Part shown: one piece after another, positions 17,661-25,348 of the stretch | Layout: the number at the start of each line of letters is the position of its first letter | How positions within the stretch are numbered: position 1 is the stretch's first letter | Source of the DNA: Microcystis aeruginosa NIES-2549 | GTDB lineage: Bacteria; Cyanobacteriota; Cyanobacteriia; Cyanobacteriales; Microcystaceae | Direction: 5' to 3' | Length of the DNA stretch: 32,000 bases | Assembly (NCBI RefSeq): GCF_000981785.2 | Contig: NZ_CP011304.1 | Span: forward strand, 120,001-152,000 | Position numbers and translations under genes: made by a program | The notes under the pieces: model-generated | The model's input: the letters and a program-made list of their open reading frames with translations, nothing else | Database searches by the model: none | What the model was told of the DNA's origin: nothing

Positions 17661-17678
17661 CTGATAACTGGTAACTGA
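17661..17678. repeat. degenerate heptanucleotide repeat (CTGATAA CTGGTAA CTGA)
   Basis: Read directly. It runs to within 1 nt of the ATG of the 88-aa ORF (ctgaaATG), the same junction seen at hypA. Confidence 0.7.
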
Positions 17679-17679
17679 A

Positions 17680-17946
17680 ATGACCCCCCAAGCAATCCCT
17701 AAACTCAATCACTTGCCCTCTGCCCTAGCCAGAGAGGGAGCCGTCTGCCTAGAATTAGAAGATGGAGTTGCTATATTTCGAGCCTCCACTGCCGTTCAGA
17801 CTCGGATTGAAGAATTACTCCAACTAGAGAAAGAATCAGCAATTACCCCCGCACAAAAGCAAGAACTCGATGCCTACGAAGAAATTGACGACTACCTCAG
17901 CTTTGTCAATCGTACCTTGCGGAATCTCAGTCAAAACCCCTCTTAA
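17680..17946 (+). CDS. small acidic helical protein, unknown function
   Basis: 88-aa ORF. The C-terminal ...QKQELDAYEEIDDYLSFVNRTLRNL resembles a small-protein family I recall as common in cyanobacteria, but I cannot name it. The ORF is bracketed by the direct repeats. Confidence 0.5.
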   Translation: MTPQAIPKLNHLPSALAREGAVCLELEDGVAIFRASTAVQTRIEELLQLEKESAITPAQKQELDAYEEIDDYLSFVNRTLRNLSQNPS

Positions 17947-18052
17947 TGTCTAAAAAGTTTTCCTCAGATTATTATCGTCTCTGATTCAGAGCAGGCTATC
18001 TAGCCTAAAAATGAAGGGTTCGCAGGCAGGCACGGATTCCCATTATATAAAA

Positions 18053-18081
18053 AGTATATGTCAAGTCTCCGATTTTGTCAA
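18053..18081 (-). promoter_or_regulatory. second copy of the TTGACA-17-TATACT/TATAAT promoter, oriented antisense to the 88-aa ORF
   Basis: The hexamers and spacing are the same as at 17542-17570. The nearest downstream feature on the minus strand is the antisense of 17680-17946. Confidence 0.5.
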
Positions 18082-18091
18082 GGGTTTTGGC

Positions 18092-18137
18092 CAAAAAAAA
18101 TCGCCTCTGGGAGGCGGGGGTGAAAGGTATCACCCCA
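18092..18137 (-). terminator. rho-independent terminator of iscA
   Basis: On the minus strand after the stop at 18147 there are two hairpins: GGGGTGA-tacctt-TCACCCC, then CGCCTC-cca-GAGGCG. The second is followed by A-T8. Confidence 0.7.
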
Positions 18138-18146
18138 GAGAAATAA

Positions 18147-18503
18147 TTAAACGCCAAAAGACTTACCACAGCCACAGGTTTGACTGGCGTTGGGATTAGT
18201 GAATTGGAAACCACCGCCGATCATCGCGTTGCTGTAATCTAACATGAGACCGTAGAGATAGAGCAGACTTTTTTTATCAGAGACAATTTTAAAGCCATCG
18301 TAATCGAAAACCTCATCTTGGGGGCCAATATTGCTAGGATGCTCAAAATCCATCATATAGGACATTCCCGAACAACCCCCCTGACGCACACCCACGCGCA
18401 GACATAAATCCTTGCCCTGTTGCTCTTTGAGCATGGTAAGGTGTTTGAGGGCAGCCTCACTGAGTAAAATTCCTTTTCCTTGAATCTGAGTAGCTTGTGT
18501 CAT
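18147..18503 (-). CDS. iscA: iron-sulfur cluster assembly accessory protein (HesB/IscA/SufA family)
   Basis: 118 aa. It has the conserved Cys in ...[10 protein letters not shown]... and the C-terminal ...[11 protein letters not shown] signature. Confidence 0.9.
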   Translation of the reverse strand: MTQATQIQGKGILLSEAALKHLTMLKEQQGKDLCLRVGVRQGGCSGMSYMMDFEHPSNIGPQDEVFDYDGFKIVSDKKSLLYLYGLMLDYSNAMIGGGFQFTNPNASQTCGCGKSFGV

Positions 18504-18729
18504 CTTTAGCAGGAACTCCTAAACGCAGTTGAAGGGGACATATAAAACTTTACCTTCTCCTATCCATCTTAACGATAGTTGAGGGCTGATGACTGGATTA
18601 CTTCTTACTTTTCCCAGTCTCGCAGGAGTTATAGGGCAAAAAAAGCAAAAAACTGGGATTATTAATTAAATAGCGTTGCCAGGGACGACTAGATTCTTGA
18701 AACAAACCCTAGAGCCATTCTCAGCCGAT

Positions 18730-20085
18730 TTTCATCGGAAATTTTGGGTCTGAAACCCCGTCGTTCTACGACGGCTTTACTGTTAAATATGAGCATCGTT
18801 TACGAAATATATGCTAAAATATAAGACATGGAAAAAGCCTATTCTTACCGATTTTACCCAACACCCGAACAAGAGTCGCTATTGCGGCGCACTTTGGGAT
18901 GTGTAAGATTGGTTTACAATAAAGCTCTCCACGAACGAACACAAGCTTGGTACGAAAGACAAGAAAGAGTAGGCTACGCTCAAACTTCTTCAATGTTGAC
19001 CGATTGGAAAAAACAAGAAGAATTAGACTTTTTAAACGAAGTTAGCTGTGTACCTTTACAACAAGGGTTAAGACACCTACAAACAGCTTTTAACAATTTC
19101 TTTTCTGGTCGTACTAAGTATCCTAACTTTAAGAAAAAACATCAGGGAGGAAGTGCCGAATTTACCAAATCTGCTTTTAAATTTAAAGACAGACAAATCT
19201 ATTTAGCTAAATGCACAGAACCTTTACCTATTCGATGGTCAAGACAAATACCAGACGGATGTGAACCAAGCACAGTAACAGTCAGATTACATCCTTCTGG
19301 ACGTTGGCATATCTCAATAAGATTTGATGACCCAACAATTAAGCCATTACCAGTAACAGATAAAGCCATTGGAATTGACTTAGGAATTAGTAGCATTGTG
19401 ATTACCAGCGACGGCGATAAAGTATCTAATTCTAAGCATTTTAAGAAACATTATCAGAGGTTGCGAAGAGCATCGAAAAATCTTTCTCGAAAACAGAAAG
19501 GGTCAAAAAATCGGGAAAAAGCAAGAATCAAAGTAGCCAAGATTCACGCTCAAATCACCGATAGCAGAAAAGACCATTTACATAAGCTAACCACTCAATT
19601 AGTTCGTGAAAATCAAACGATTGTGGTTGAGAATTTAGCTATCAAGAATATGGTCAAAAACCCGAAATTATCTCAGGCAATATCTGATGTAAGCTGGGGA
19701 GAAATAACCCGACAATTAGCCTATAAATGCCGTTGGTATGGGAGAAATTACATCGAAATAGATAGATGGTTTCCTAGCTCTAAAAGGTGTAGTAATTGCG
19801 GGTATATTGCTGAGAAAATGCCGTTAAATGTTCGAGAGTGGGACTGTCCAATCTGTGGGACTCACCATGACCGAGATATTAACGCCAGTAAAAACATTTT
19901 GGCCGCAGGGCTTGCGGTATCAGTCTGTAGAGCGACCATAAGACCAGAACAGAGTAAATCTGTTAAGGCAGGTGCGGAACCCCGCAAGGCTTCCGCCGTG
20001 AGCGTCAGCCGAACGGGAAAGAAGCAGAAACCTAAATCGTGAGGTTTGGGAATCACCGTCCGTTTACGGCGGTGAGGATGTCAAC
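18730..20085 (+). mobile_element. TnpB-only IS200/IS605-family (IS1341-like) element; boundaries approximate
   Basis: The two subterminal hairpins are related in sequence: LE CCGTCGT-tct-ACGACGG (18758-18774) and RE CACCGtCCGT-tt-ACGGCGGTG (20054-20074). TCAA at 20081-20084 resembles the IS608 right-end cleavage tetranucleotide. There is no tnpA (Y1 transposase) ORF. Confidence 0.55.
18828..20042 (+). CDS. tnpB: RNA-guided endonuclease TnpB (IS605 OrfB family)
   Basis: 404 aa. The N terminus MEKAYSYRFYPTPEQESLLRRTLGCVRLVYN is typical of OrfB. The RuvC triad is intact (IGIDLG, VVVENL, HDRDINASKNI), as is the zinc finger CSNCG...CPICG. Confidence 0.92.
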   Translation: MEKAYSYRFYPTPEQESLLRRTLGCVRLVYNKALHERTQAWYERQERVGYAQTSSMLTDWKKQEELDFLNEVSCVPLQQGLRHLQTAFNNFFSGRTKYPNFKKKHQGGSAEFTKSAFKFKDRQIYLAKCTEPLPIRWSRQIPDGCEPSTVTVRLHPSGRWHISIRFDDPTIKPLPVTDKAIGIDLGISSIVITSDGDKVSNSKHFKKHYQRLRRASKNLSRKQKGSKNREKARIKVAKIHAQITDSRKDHLHKLTTQLVRENQTIVVENLAIKNMVKNPKLSQAISDVSWGEITRQLAYKCRWYGRNYIEIDRWFPSSKRCSNCGYIAEKMPLNVREWDCPICGTHHDRDINASKNILAAGLAVSVCRATIRPEQSKSVKAGAEPRKASAVSVSRTGKKQKPKS

Positions 20086-20152
20086 ACCCAACGGACAGGA
20101 CAGCGCTGCTTTGAGGATGCCGAAAAAGCAGCCAGAAAATATCCAAAGAAAT

Positions 20153-20542
20153 TCACTTTTCTAAGCGGAGATTAGTGCCGCTGCTATCGGTGCGATAAAC
20201 CCAGGTTTTTTGGTTATCAGTCAGAATAATTCGCCATCCTTGCACCAGTGCTTGAGTACAGAATTCTCCCGGTTTAGCTAATCCTAAACAACCATCGGGC
20301 CAGGTTTGTGGTTGTGCTGCTTGAATTTGCAAGCGATTAACCGATATCTTGGTTTTCCGACTCAAATCTTGACGGGTGGCGGCGATAACCGAATTAGGTG
20401 GCTCAGGAGATGCTAAACTAGGTGGCGCTAAGAGGAGAGAAAGCAGACTCATTAGCATTAGAGTGCCAGTTGCTCCCTGAATAATTCTCGTTTTACCGAT
20501 TTCTACTTGCTGGCTCTGGCTAAAATTTTTTCTAGATATCAT
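20153..20542 (-). CDS. hypothetical secreted protein
   Basis: 129-aa ORF with a signal-peptide-like LMLMSLLSLLLAPPSLA/SPEPP and two Cys in the mature part. No family recognised. Confidence 0.5.
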   Translation of the reverse strand: MISRKNFSQSQQVEIGKTRIIQGATGTLMLMSLLSLLLAPPSLASPEPPNSVIAATRQDLSRKTKISVNRLQIQAAQPQTWPDGCLGLAKPGEFCTQALVQGWRIILTDNQKTWVYRTDSSGTNLRLEK

Positions 20543-20741
20543 CTTTAGTCTTGCCTCTTTCCTGGGAGTGATAGTCTGAGCAAATTTTCCTGTTTATCAT
20601 CAGTGTAACCGATACTATGTTCCCGCTCTGGTTTTCGAGCAGCGGCAGCAGTCAATGTCGGTTTTCGCTGCCATCTCCCGAAAACTGTCGCCCCTTTAAG
20701 TGGCGATGGCGATTAAAATAGATGAGGATGAACTATCTTAG

Positions 20742-21095
20742 ATGGATGGGCTTATGTTATCTTTTTTCCTCCGTTGGTTGATTACCGCTGTCTCTTTATT
20801 GATTACAGCGCAAATAGTACCCGGTATAGAAATTAAAAATTTTACCGTGGCTTTGATAGCCGCTGTCGTCTTGGGTTTAATTAATGCTATTGTTAGACCC
20901 CTGTTGATTCTTTTTACCCTGCCTTTAACTATTTTGACCCTAGGGTTATTTATTTTTGTGGTTAATGCCATTTCCTTTTCTTTAGCCTCCTATTTTATCA
21001 GTGGTTTTGAGGTAAAATCATTTTTTGCTGCTTTATTCGGTTCGATCGTGGTTTCGATCATTTCAGGAGTTTTAAATGGCATTTTCGTTGACTAA
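20742..21095 (+). CDS. phage holin 4_2 / YvlD-like 4-TM membrane protein
   Basis: LRWLITAVSLLITAQIVPGIEIKNFTVALIAAVVLGLINAIVRPLLILFTLPLTILTLGLFIFVVNAI closely parallels B. subtilis YvlD-type proteins as I recall them. Confidence 0.7.
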   Translation: MDGLMLSFFLRWLITAVSLLITAQIVPGIEIKNFTVALIAAVVLGLINAIVRPLLILFTLPLTILTLGLFIFVVNAISFSLASYFISGFEVKSFFAALFGSIVVSIISGVLNGIFVD

Positions 21096-21159
21096 AGTGG
21101 TCAATAATTCGGTTGTTTAAAACAGCCTGGCTTACTCTGATTGATTAATTTCTGATCTA

Positions 21160-21195
21160 GAGACGTTGATTATAACAACGTCTCCCTAGTTTTTG
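21160..21195 (+). terminator. putative rho-independent terminator after the YvlD-like gene
   Basis: GAGACGTTG-attataa-CAACGTCTC is a 9-bp stem, followed by CCTAGTTTTT. Confidence 0.5.
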
Positions 21196-21545
21196 GGTAA
21201 TGGTGATAGTTTTTATACAGTTCTCAGTATCGGTCAAAGAGGAGAAGGAAAAAAGTTTTCCTAGCGGCATCTTATCGGATTCAAAAATTAAGCAACTTCG
21301 GGAAATCAGGCTAATATTGTCTTCAGACCCCAAGGGGAAGAAAGCGAAGAAGATATTTAAAAATTCCCAATTATGTTGCTAAAATAGGTCGGTATACTAC
21401 CGCCACTTTAAAAATAGGTAACTTTGTTTTTAGTTTACAGCGACAATTGGCCGGTGAGATATACTAGGATAAAAACTGGGAACAAGATACAATTGTGTTA
21501 AAATCATTGATAAAAGCACGCTGGAGTAATTAAACCTTACAGATC

Positions 21546-22628
21546 ATGTCTTGGATCGTTGAACAACTGATTTATAGAAGTTTCTCACAACTGGGATTTA
21601 AATATATCGCTAGTGCTAATGTCCCCCCAGGGATTCAACAGGTTTTTTATCAACATATAGTCTCTCAGTTATGGGACACCTATAATCCTCCACACAGGAA
21701 CTTTAAAGGAGTCTATATCTATCAAATTGACTCCCATAACACCCTCTTTGGTTGGTTAATTAACGATGGGAAGGATGAATTTGGTCCTGGGGACATCCCC
21801 TACTTTCATTGTTATTATTTACGCGAACTACTCGACTCGAAAAAACTGGTTAAAATCCTTGCCTGTCTAGAGGCAGGTCCCCTAAAACGTCTTGGCCGAG
21901 ATGAGGCTAAAATCTCCCTTGATCCCGTAATTTTAGCCGACAATTATCAGGCAAATGCCTTTGAATTAGGGATTAAACTTTCTAAAGATATTCGTCTGTT
22001 TAGCCACCGACAACTGCGGGAAGAAAAACCCCTGCAATGGTTTATATCTTTGGAAGAAACCAAAGAACGACCACATCCCACCGATAATAACTATGATAAC
22101 TCTAAAGATACCTTCCTTAGGGAACCAAATTACCAGGCAGAAATTGCCAAAATTATGGAAGAATTAGCCGAAAAACCGATCGCTATTGAGGGAATCATGC
22201 TTGTTTCTCCCCAGGGTCAACCTTTGACTGATTCCATCGGTATGCCACACAATAGTGCCTTAATCTTAGCAGGAACAATGATCTATCTTGCCAATAACAC
22301 AAAAGAGGAATTAAGCTGGTCTGATGTGGAACAAATTGCTATTCGCAGTCCCCAGGGTCATCTGATCTTAACCCCTTGCAGTGACCAAGCTTTTCTTTTA
22401 GTGAAAACTGGCAAAACGATCACGGGATTGTTAGAGGGAGAAATCCAAAAAACTCGCTCAAAATTAGCAAAAATTCTCGCTATTTCCAATCCCACCCCCC
22501 ACCCCCCCCTGTTAAATCCCACAGTTAATCCCTTCCTTGATTCCGTTGTAGAAGAATTCGAGATCGTCCTCGAAACCGAAGATGATAACAGTACAGATAT
22601 TCGTTACCCGGGTAGAACCTTACAGTGA
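21546..22628 (+). CDS. uncharacterised N-terminal domain fused to a Roadblock/LC7 (MglB-like) domain, with a Pro-rich and acidic tail
   Basis: 360 aa. Residues about 195-310 (IAKIMEELAEKPIAIEGIMLVSPQGQPL...GHLILTPCSDQAFLLVKTGKTITGLL) fit the Robl_LC7 pattern. I did not recognise the N-terminal 150 aa. Confidence 0.6.
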   Translation: MSWIVEQLIYRSFSQLGFKYIASANVPPGIQQVFYQHIVSQLWDTYNPPHRNFKGVYIYQIDSHNTLFGWLINDGKDEFGPGDIPYFHCYYLRELLDSKKLVKILACLEAGPLKRLGRDEAKISLDPVILADNYQANAFELGIKLSKDIRLFSHRQLREEKPLQWFISLEETKERPHPTDNNYDNSKDTFLREPNYQAEIAKIMEELAEKPIAIEGIMLVSPQGQPLTDSIGMPHNSALILAGTMIYLANNTKEELSWSDVEQIAIRSPQGHLILTPCSDQAFLLVKTGKTITGLLEGEIQKTRSKLAKILAISNPTPHPPLLNPTVNPFLDSVVEEFEIVLETEDDNSTDIRYPGRTLQ

Positions 22629-22667
22629 TCAGTAATCAGTAATCAGTAATCAGTAATCAGTGATCAG
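22623..22667. repeat. heptanucleotide tandem repeat (CAGTAAT/CAGTGAT) x6.4
   Basis: Read directly. The stop codon TGA (22626-22628) of the Roadblock gene lies inside the first unit. Confidence 0.95.
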
Positions 22668-22706
22668 GAGATTATTTTTATTTATTCTCCCCTCTCCCTT
22701 CCCCCT

Positions 22707-22727
22707 AATTCATAATTCATAATTCAT
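22707..22727. repeat. heptanucleotide tandem repeat (AATTCAT) x3
   Basis: Read directly. Confidence 0.85.
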
Positions 22728-22762
22728 ACTAAATTCGGTTATTAAAAACTGATTATTTATTC
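22725..22762 (+). mobile_element. MITE-like repeat, partial copy D (left end only)
   Basis: CATACTAAATTCGGTTATTAAAAACTGATTATTTATTC matches the left TIR and core of copies A-C. The right end is replaced by the CT-rich heptamer array. Confidence 0.5.
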
Positions 22763-22838
22763 TCCCCTCTCCCCTCTCCCCACTTCCCACTCCCTTCTCC
22801 CTTCTCCCTTCTCCCCTTTCCCCCACACCCTACACCCT
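22762..22838 (+). repeat. 11-unit degenerate heptamer array, almost pure pyrimidine on the + strand (CTCCCCT x2, CTCCCCA, CTTCCCA, CTCCCTT x3, CTCCCCT, TTCCCCC, ACACCCT x2)
   Basis: I phased it by hand from 22762 and every unit is 7 nt. It ends 15 nt before the rluD ATG. Confidence 0.85.
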
Positions 22839-22853
22839 GATCACTAAAAACCG

Positions 22854-23780
22854 ATGAACCAATTAAACTTAGAAGTTGCGGGAAAAAAAGAACGTTTAGA
22901 TGCTTGGATGGGGTCACAATTGCCCGATTTATCGAGATCGAGGCTGCAAAAATTGATAGAACAGGGATATATACAGTTAAACGGTCAAATTTGCACCAAT
23001 AAAAATACTAAAGTTGCCCAAGGCGATCGCTTAAAGATTACCATTCCCGACAGTCAACCCCTGCAATTAAGCGCCGAGGCGATCGATCTTGATATTCTTT
23101 ACGAAGACGAATATCTGATTATTATCAATAAACCGGCCGATTTAGTGGTTCATCCGGCCCCCGGCCACGAATCGGGAACCTTGGTCAACGCTTTACTGCA
23201 TCACTGCCCAAATTTAGCCGGAATCGGTGGAATTCAACGCCCCGGCATAGTTCACCGCTTAGATAAGGATACCACGGGCGCGATCGTTATTGCCAAAACC
23301 GACCAGGCCCATCAACACCTACAGGCACAATTAAAAACCAAAACTGCCCGTCGGGAATACATGGCCCTCGTCCACGGTGTCCCCAAAAGCGAAACAGGTA
23401 CAATTGATCTGTCGATCGGTCGTCACCGCAGCGAGCGCCAAAAGATGGCTATTATTACCGTGGAAAAAGGCGGTAGAAATGCCGTCACCCACTGGCAAGT
23501 CAAGGAAAGACTAGGCAACTACACCTTAATGGAATTTCGCCTAGAAACTGGCAGAACTCATCAAATTCGCGTTCATAGCAGCCACATTGGTCATCCGATT
23601 CTTGGGGATCCCCTTTATAGTTCCGGTCGTTCCATCGGGATTAATCTACCCGGGCAGTTACTCCACGCCCATCGTTTAATCTTAATACATCCGGTCACGG
23701 GAGAGAGCCTAGAAGCGATCGCTCCCTTACCCGCTATTTTCCCGAAAGTTTTAGCTATTTTACGCCAGAGAAACCCCTAG
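22854..23780 (+). CDS. rluD: 23S rRNA pseudouridine synthase, RluD/RluA family
   Basis: 308 aa. It has an N-terminal S4 RNA-binding domain, the catalytic HRLDKDTTG motif and the GRTHQIRVH motif. Confidence 0.9.
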   Translation: MNQLNLEVAGKKERLDAWMGSQLPDLSRSRLQKLIEQGYIQLNGQICTNKNTKVAQGDRLKITIPDSQPLQLSAEAIDLDILYEDEYLIIINKPADLVVHPAPGHESGTLVNALLHHCPNLAGIGGIQRPGIVHRLDKDTTGAIVIAKTDQAHQHLQAQLKTKTARREYMALVHGVPKSETGTIDLSIGRHRSERQKMAIITVEKGGRNAVTHWQVKERLGNYTLMEFRLETGRTHQIRVHSSHIGHPILGDPLYSSGRSIGINLPGQLLHAHRLILIHPVTGESLEAIAPLPAIFPKVLAILRQRNP

Positions 23781-24778
23781 CGCACAAATTGCGGCATAAT
23801 CTCCGCTGCGGTCCATAATCCGTAGATACCGCGACGATGCAGGGAAACCCCCGCTTTCAGATAACCGAAAGCCGGCCCGCAGACATTAGCCGCCATACTG
23901 GTTTCATCGCCTAAAGTGAAGGTATGGGTGGAAATTTTGCCTTCAAAAGTCCGCCCCGTGACTTTAACATTGGTACTTAAGGGCTTTTTCGGGTTGCGCG
24001 TATCCACCACACCCCCGACGGAAACGCGATCACGTCCACAAATTCCGGCTAATTCCAGCATAATATCGTCCGCGTGTTCCATATTTTCGAGGCTGAGAAT
24101 GCCATTGGTTTTATTTAACAGCATTTCCACTTCTGCGTCACTCATCTGGTGGGCTGTTTCTGGGTTGTAACCGGGTAAATGGGCGATATCTTCGCGAATA
24201 GTGGCACGATAAGCCTCCCAGTTGGCAATTCCCACGCCAAAGGTAATTTTAACGCTATGAATCTCTGCATAACTCTGGGCAGCTAGGGCAGCGGCCGCAG
24301 TTAACAGTCCGGGGGTAGCGCCGCAGCCGGTCATGTAGGTGATGCCGGCGGCTTCTAGGTCTGTTTGTAGTGCTAAGATTTGTTCCATGGCGCTGGTACG
24401 TTTGAGAGCATCGACTAAAACCCCGCGCCAACCTAAGCGAATGAAGGTTTTAGCGATATCGGCCATGAAATTGTTGGGTAAATTCGGCAAGGCGAGAAAA
24501 TAGCCTTCTACGTCGGCAGTTTTGATTAATTCCTCGATACTGTTCTGGCTGAGACTGCCGTAATTTTCCAGATAACCGATCGAACCCTGGTCATGATAAA
24601 TTTTGTTACAGGTATTGACATCTAGACCGTCTTTGTGGTAAGCAAAACCGGCTTTATCGGCGGCGGCAGTCCAAAGCATTTCCTGTTTGGGGGCGAGAAT
24701 TCTAGCGGCAGCCTGTCCCAAACCACCAAAACCTAAAACACCGATCCGAAGGCGATCGCCTGCTATTTGTTTATTCAT
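23777..24778 (-). CDS. NAD(P)-binding Rossmann-fold oxidoreductase (saccharopine-dehydrogenase-like; subfamily uncertain)
   Basis: The N-terminal [18 protein letters not shown] is a GxGxxG dinucleotide fold. I took the start at ATG 24778 (MNKQ...) so that the fold sits at the N terminus; the track starts at TTG 24802. Confidence 0.55.
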   Translation of the reverse strand: MNKQIAGDRLRIGVLGFGGLGQAAARILAPKQEMLWTAAADKAGFAYHKDGLDVNTCNKIYHDQGSIGYLENYGSLSQNSIEELIKTADVEGYFLALPNLPNNFMADIAKTFIRLGWRGVLVDALKRTSAMEQILALQTDLEAAGITYMTGCGATPGLLTAAAALAAQSYAEIHSVKITFGVGIANWEAYRATIREDIAHLPGYNPETAHQMSDAEVEMLLNKTNGILSLENMEHADDIMLELAGICGRDRVSVGGVVDTRNPKKPLSTNVKVTGRTFEGKISTHTFTLGDETSMAANVCGPAFGYLKAGVSLHRRGIYGLWTAAEIMPQFVR

Positions 24779-25088
24779 ATTTGTTCTCATTCCTATAGAC
24801 AAAATTCTATGATCTCGGCGGTCGTGGTTCGCCGTTGCATCTCCTTTATTTTCAATTTATCGCTTCAGGTCGTCTTTTTTGTGTAGTTTTGTTAAATTAT
24901 GCCCTCCAGGGACAGGTTCGCCCTTGACGGTAAAGAAAAGTTACGCGAAACTGACAAAAAATGAAAGTGGTTGGCCGAGATAATATAAAGTTTTGCTAAA
25001 ATTTTAACCAGATTGCTACGATTAGCAAACTATCGTAAATTAAAACGATAGGGAGCTTTGCAAACCCCAGATCACGCCGAGAAGACCT

Positions 25089-25304
25089 ATGAGCATGGAA
25101 AGCCTAGAGTTTATCATCTATCCCGATGGTCGCGTCATGGAAAAGGTGACAGGCATAGTCGGTTCATCTTGTCAAGAGGTGACGGCGGCGATCGAGGCAC
25201 AACTCGGGCAGCTGATGTCTCAAGAGAAAACCTCGGATTATTACCATCAAACCGTCAGCCAGTCAGAGAAAGTCAGCAACGCAGCCACTTTTAGCGACTG
25301 GTAA
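25089..25304 (+). CDS. DUF2997-like small protein
   Basis: 71 aa. The N terminus LEFIIYPDGRVMEKVTGIVGSSCQEVT has the pattern I recall for DUF2997, which typically precedes ycf35. Confidence 0.6.
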   Translation: MSMESLEFIIYPDGRVMEKVTGIVGSSCQEVTAAIEAQLGQLMSQEKTSDYYHQTVSQSEKVSNAATFSDW

Positions 25305-25348
25305 TTTTTCATCTTTCCCGATCCCTTTATTTAAGCCACTGAAAAACC

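Larger units (their letters stand above)
17997..18179. repeat. direct repeat copy 2 (includes 52 extra nt, 18106-18157, carrying the iscA stop codon and terminator)
   Basis: See copy 1. The extra segment is flanked by GGCG microhomology. Confidence 0.9.

Noticed and set aside
23777-23780. rluD and the convergent oxidoreductase gene share the palindrome CTAG as overlapping stop codons.
   Set aside because: This is a real but trivial 4-nt overlap of convergent stops, with no evidence of functional significance.
24866-24883. An 18-mer, TTTTTGTGTAGTTTTGTT, shared with 30051-30068. Both copies lie in divergent or long intergenic regions.
   Set aside because: It is T-rich and low in complexity, occurs only twice, and shows no recognisable factor motif (it is not a GTA-N8-TAC NtcA site). 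It is borderline against chance given the AT-rich intergenic composition. It would only be worth revisiting if a genome-wide motif search finds more copies.
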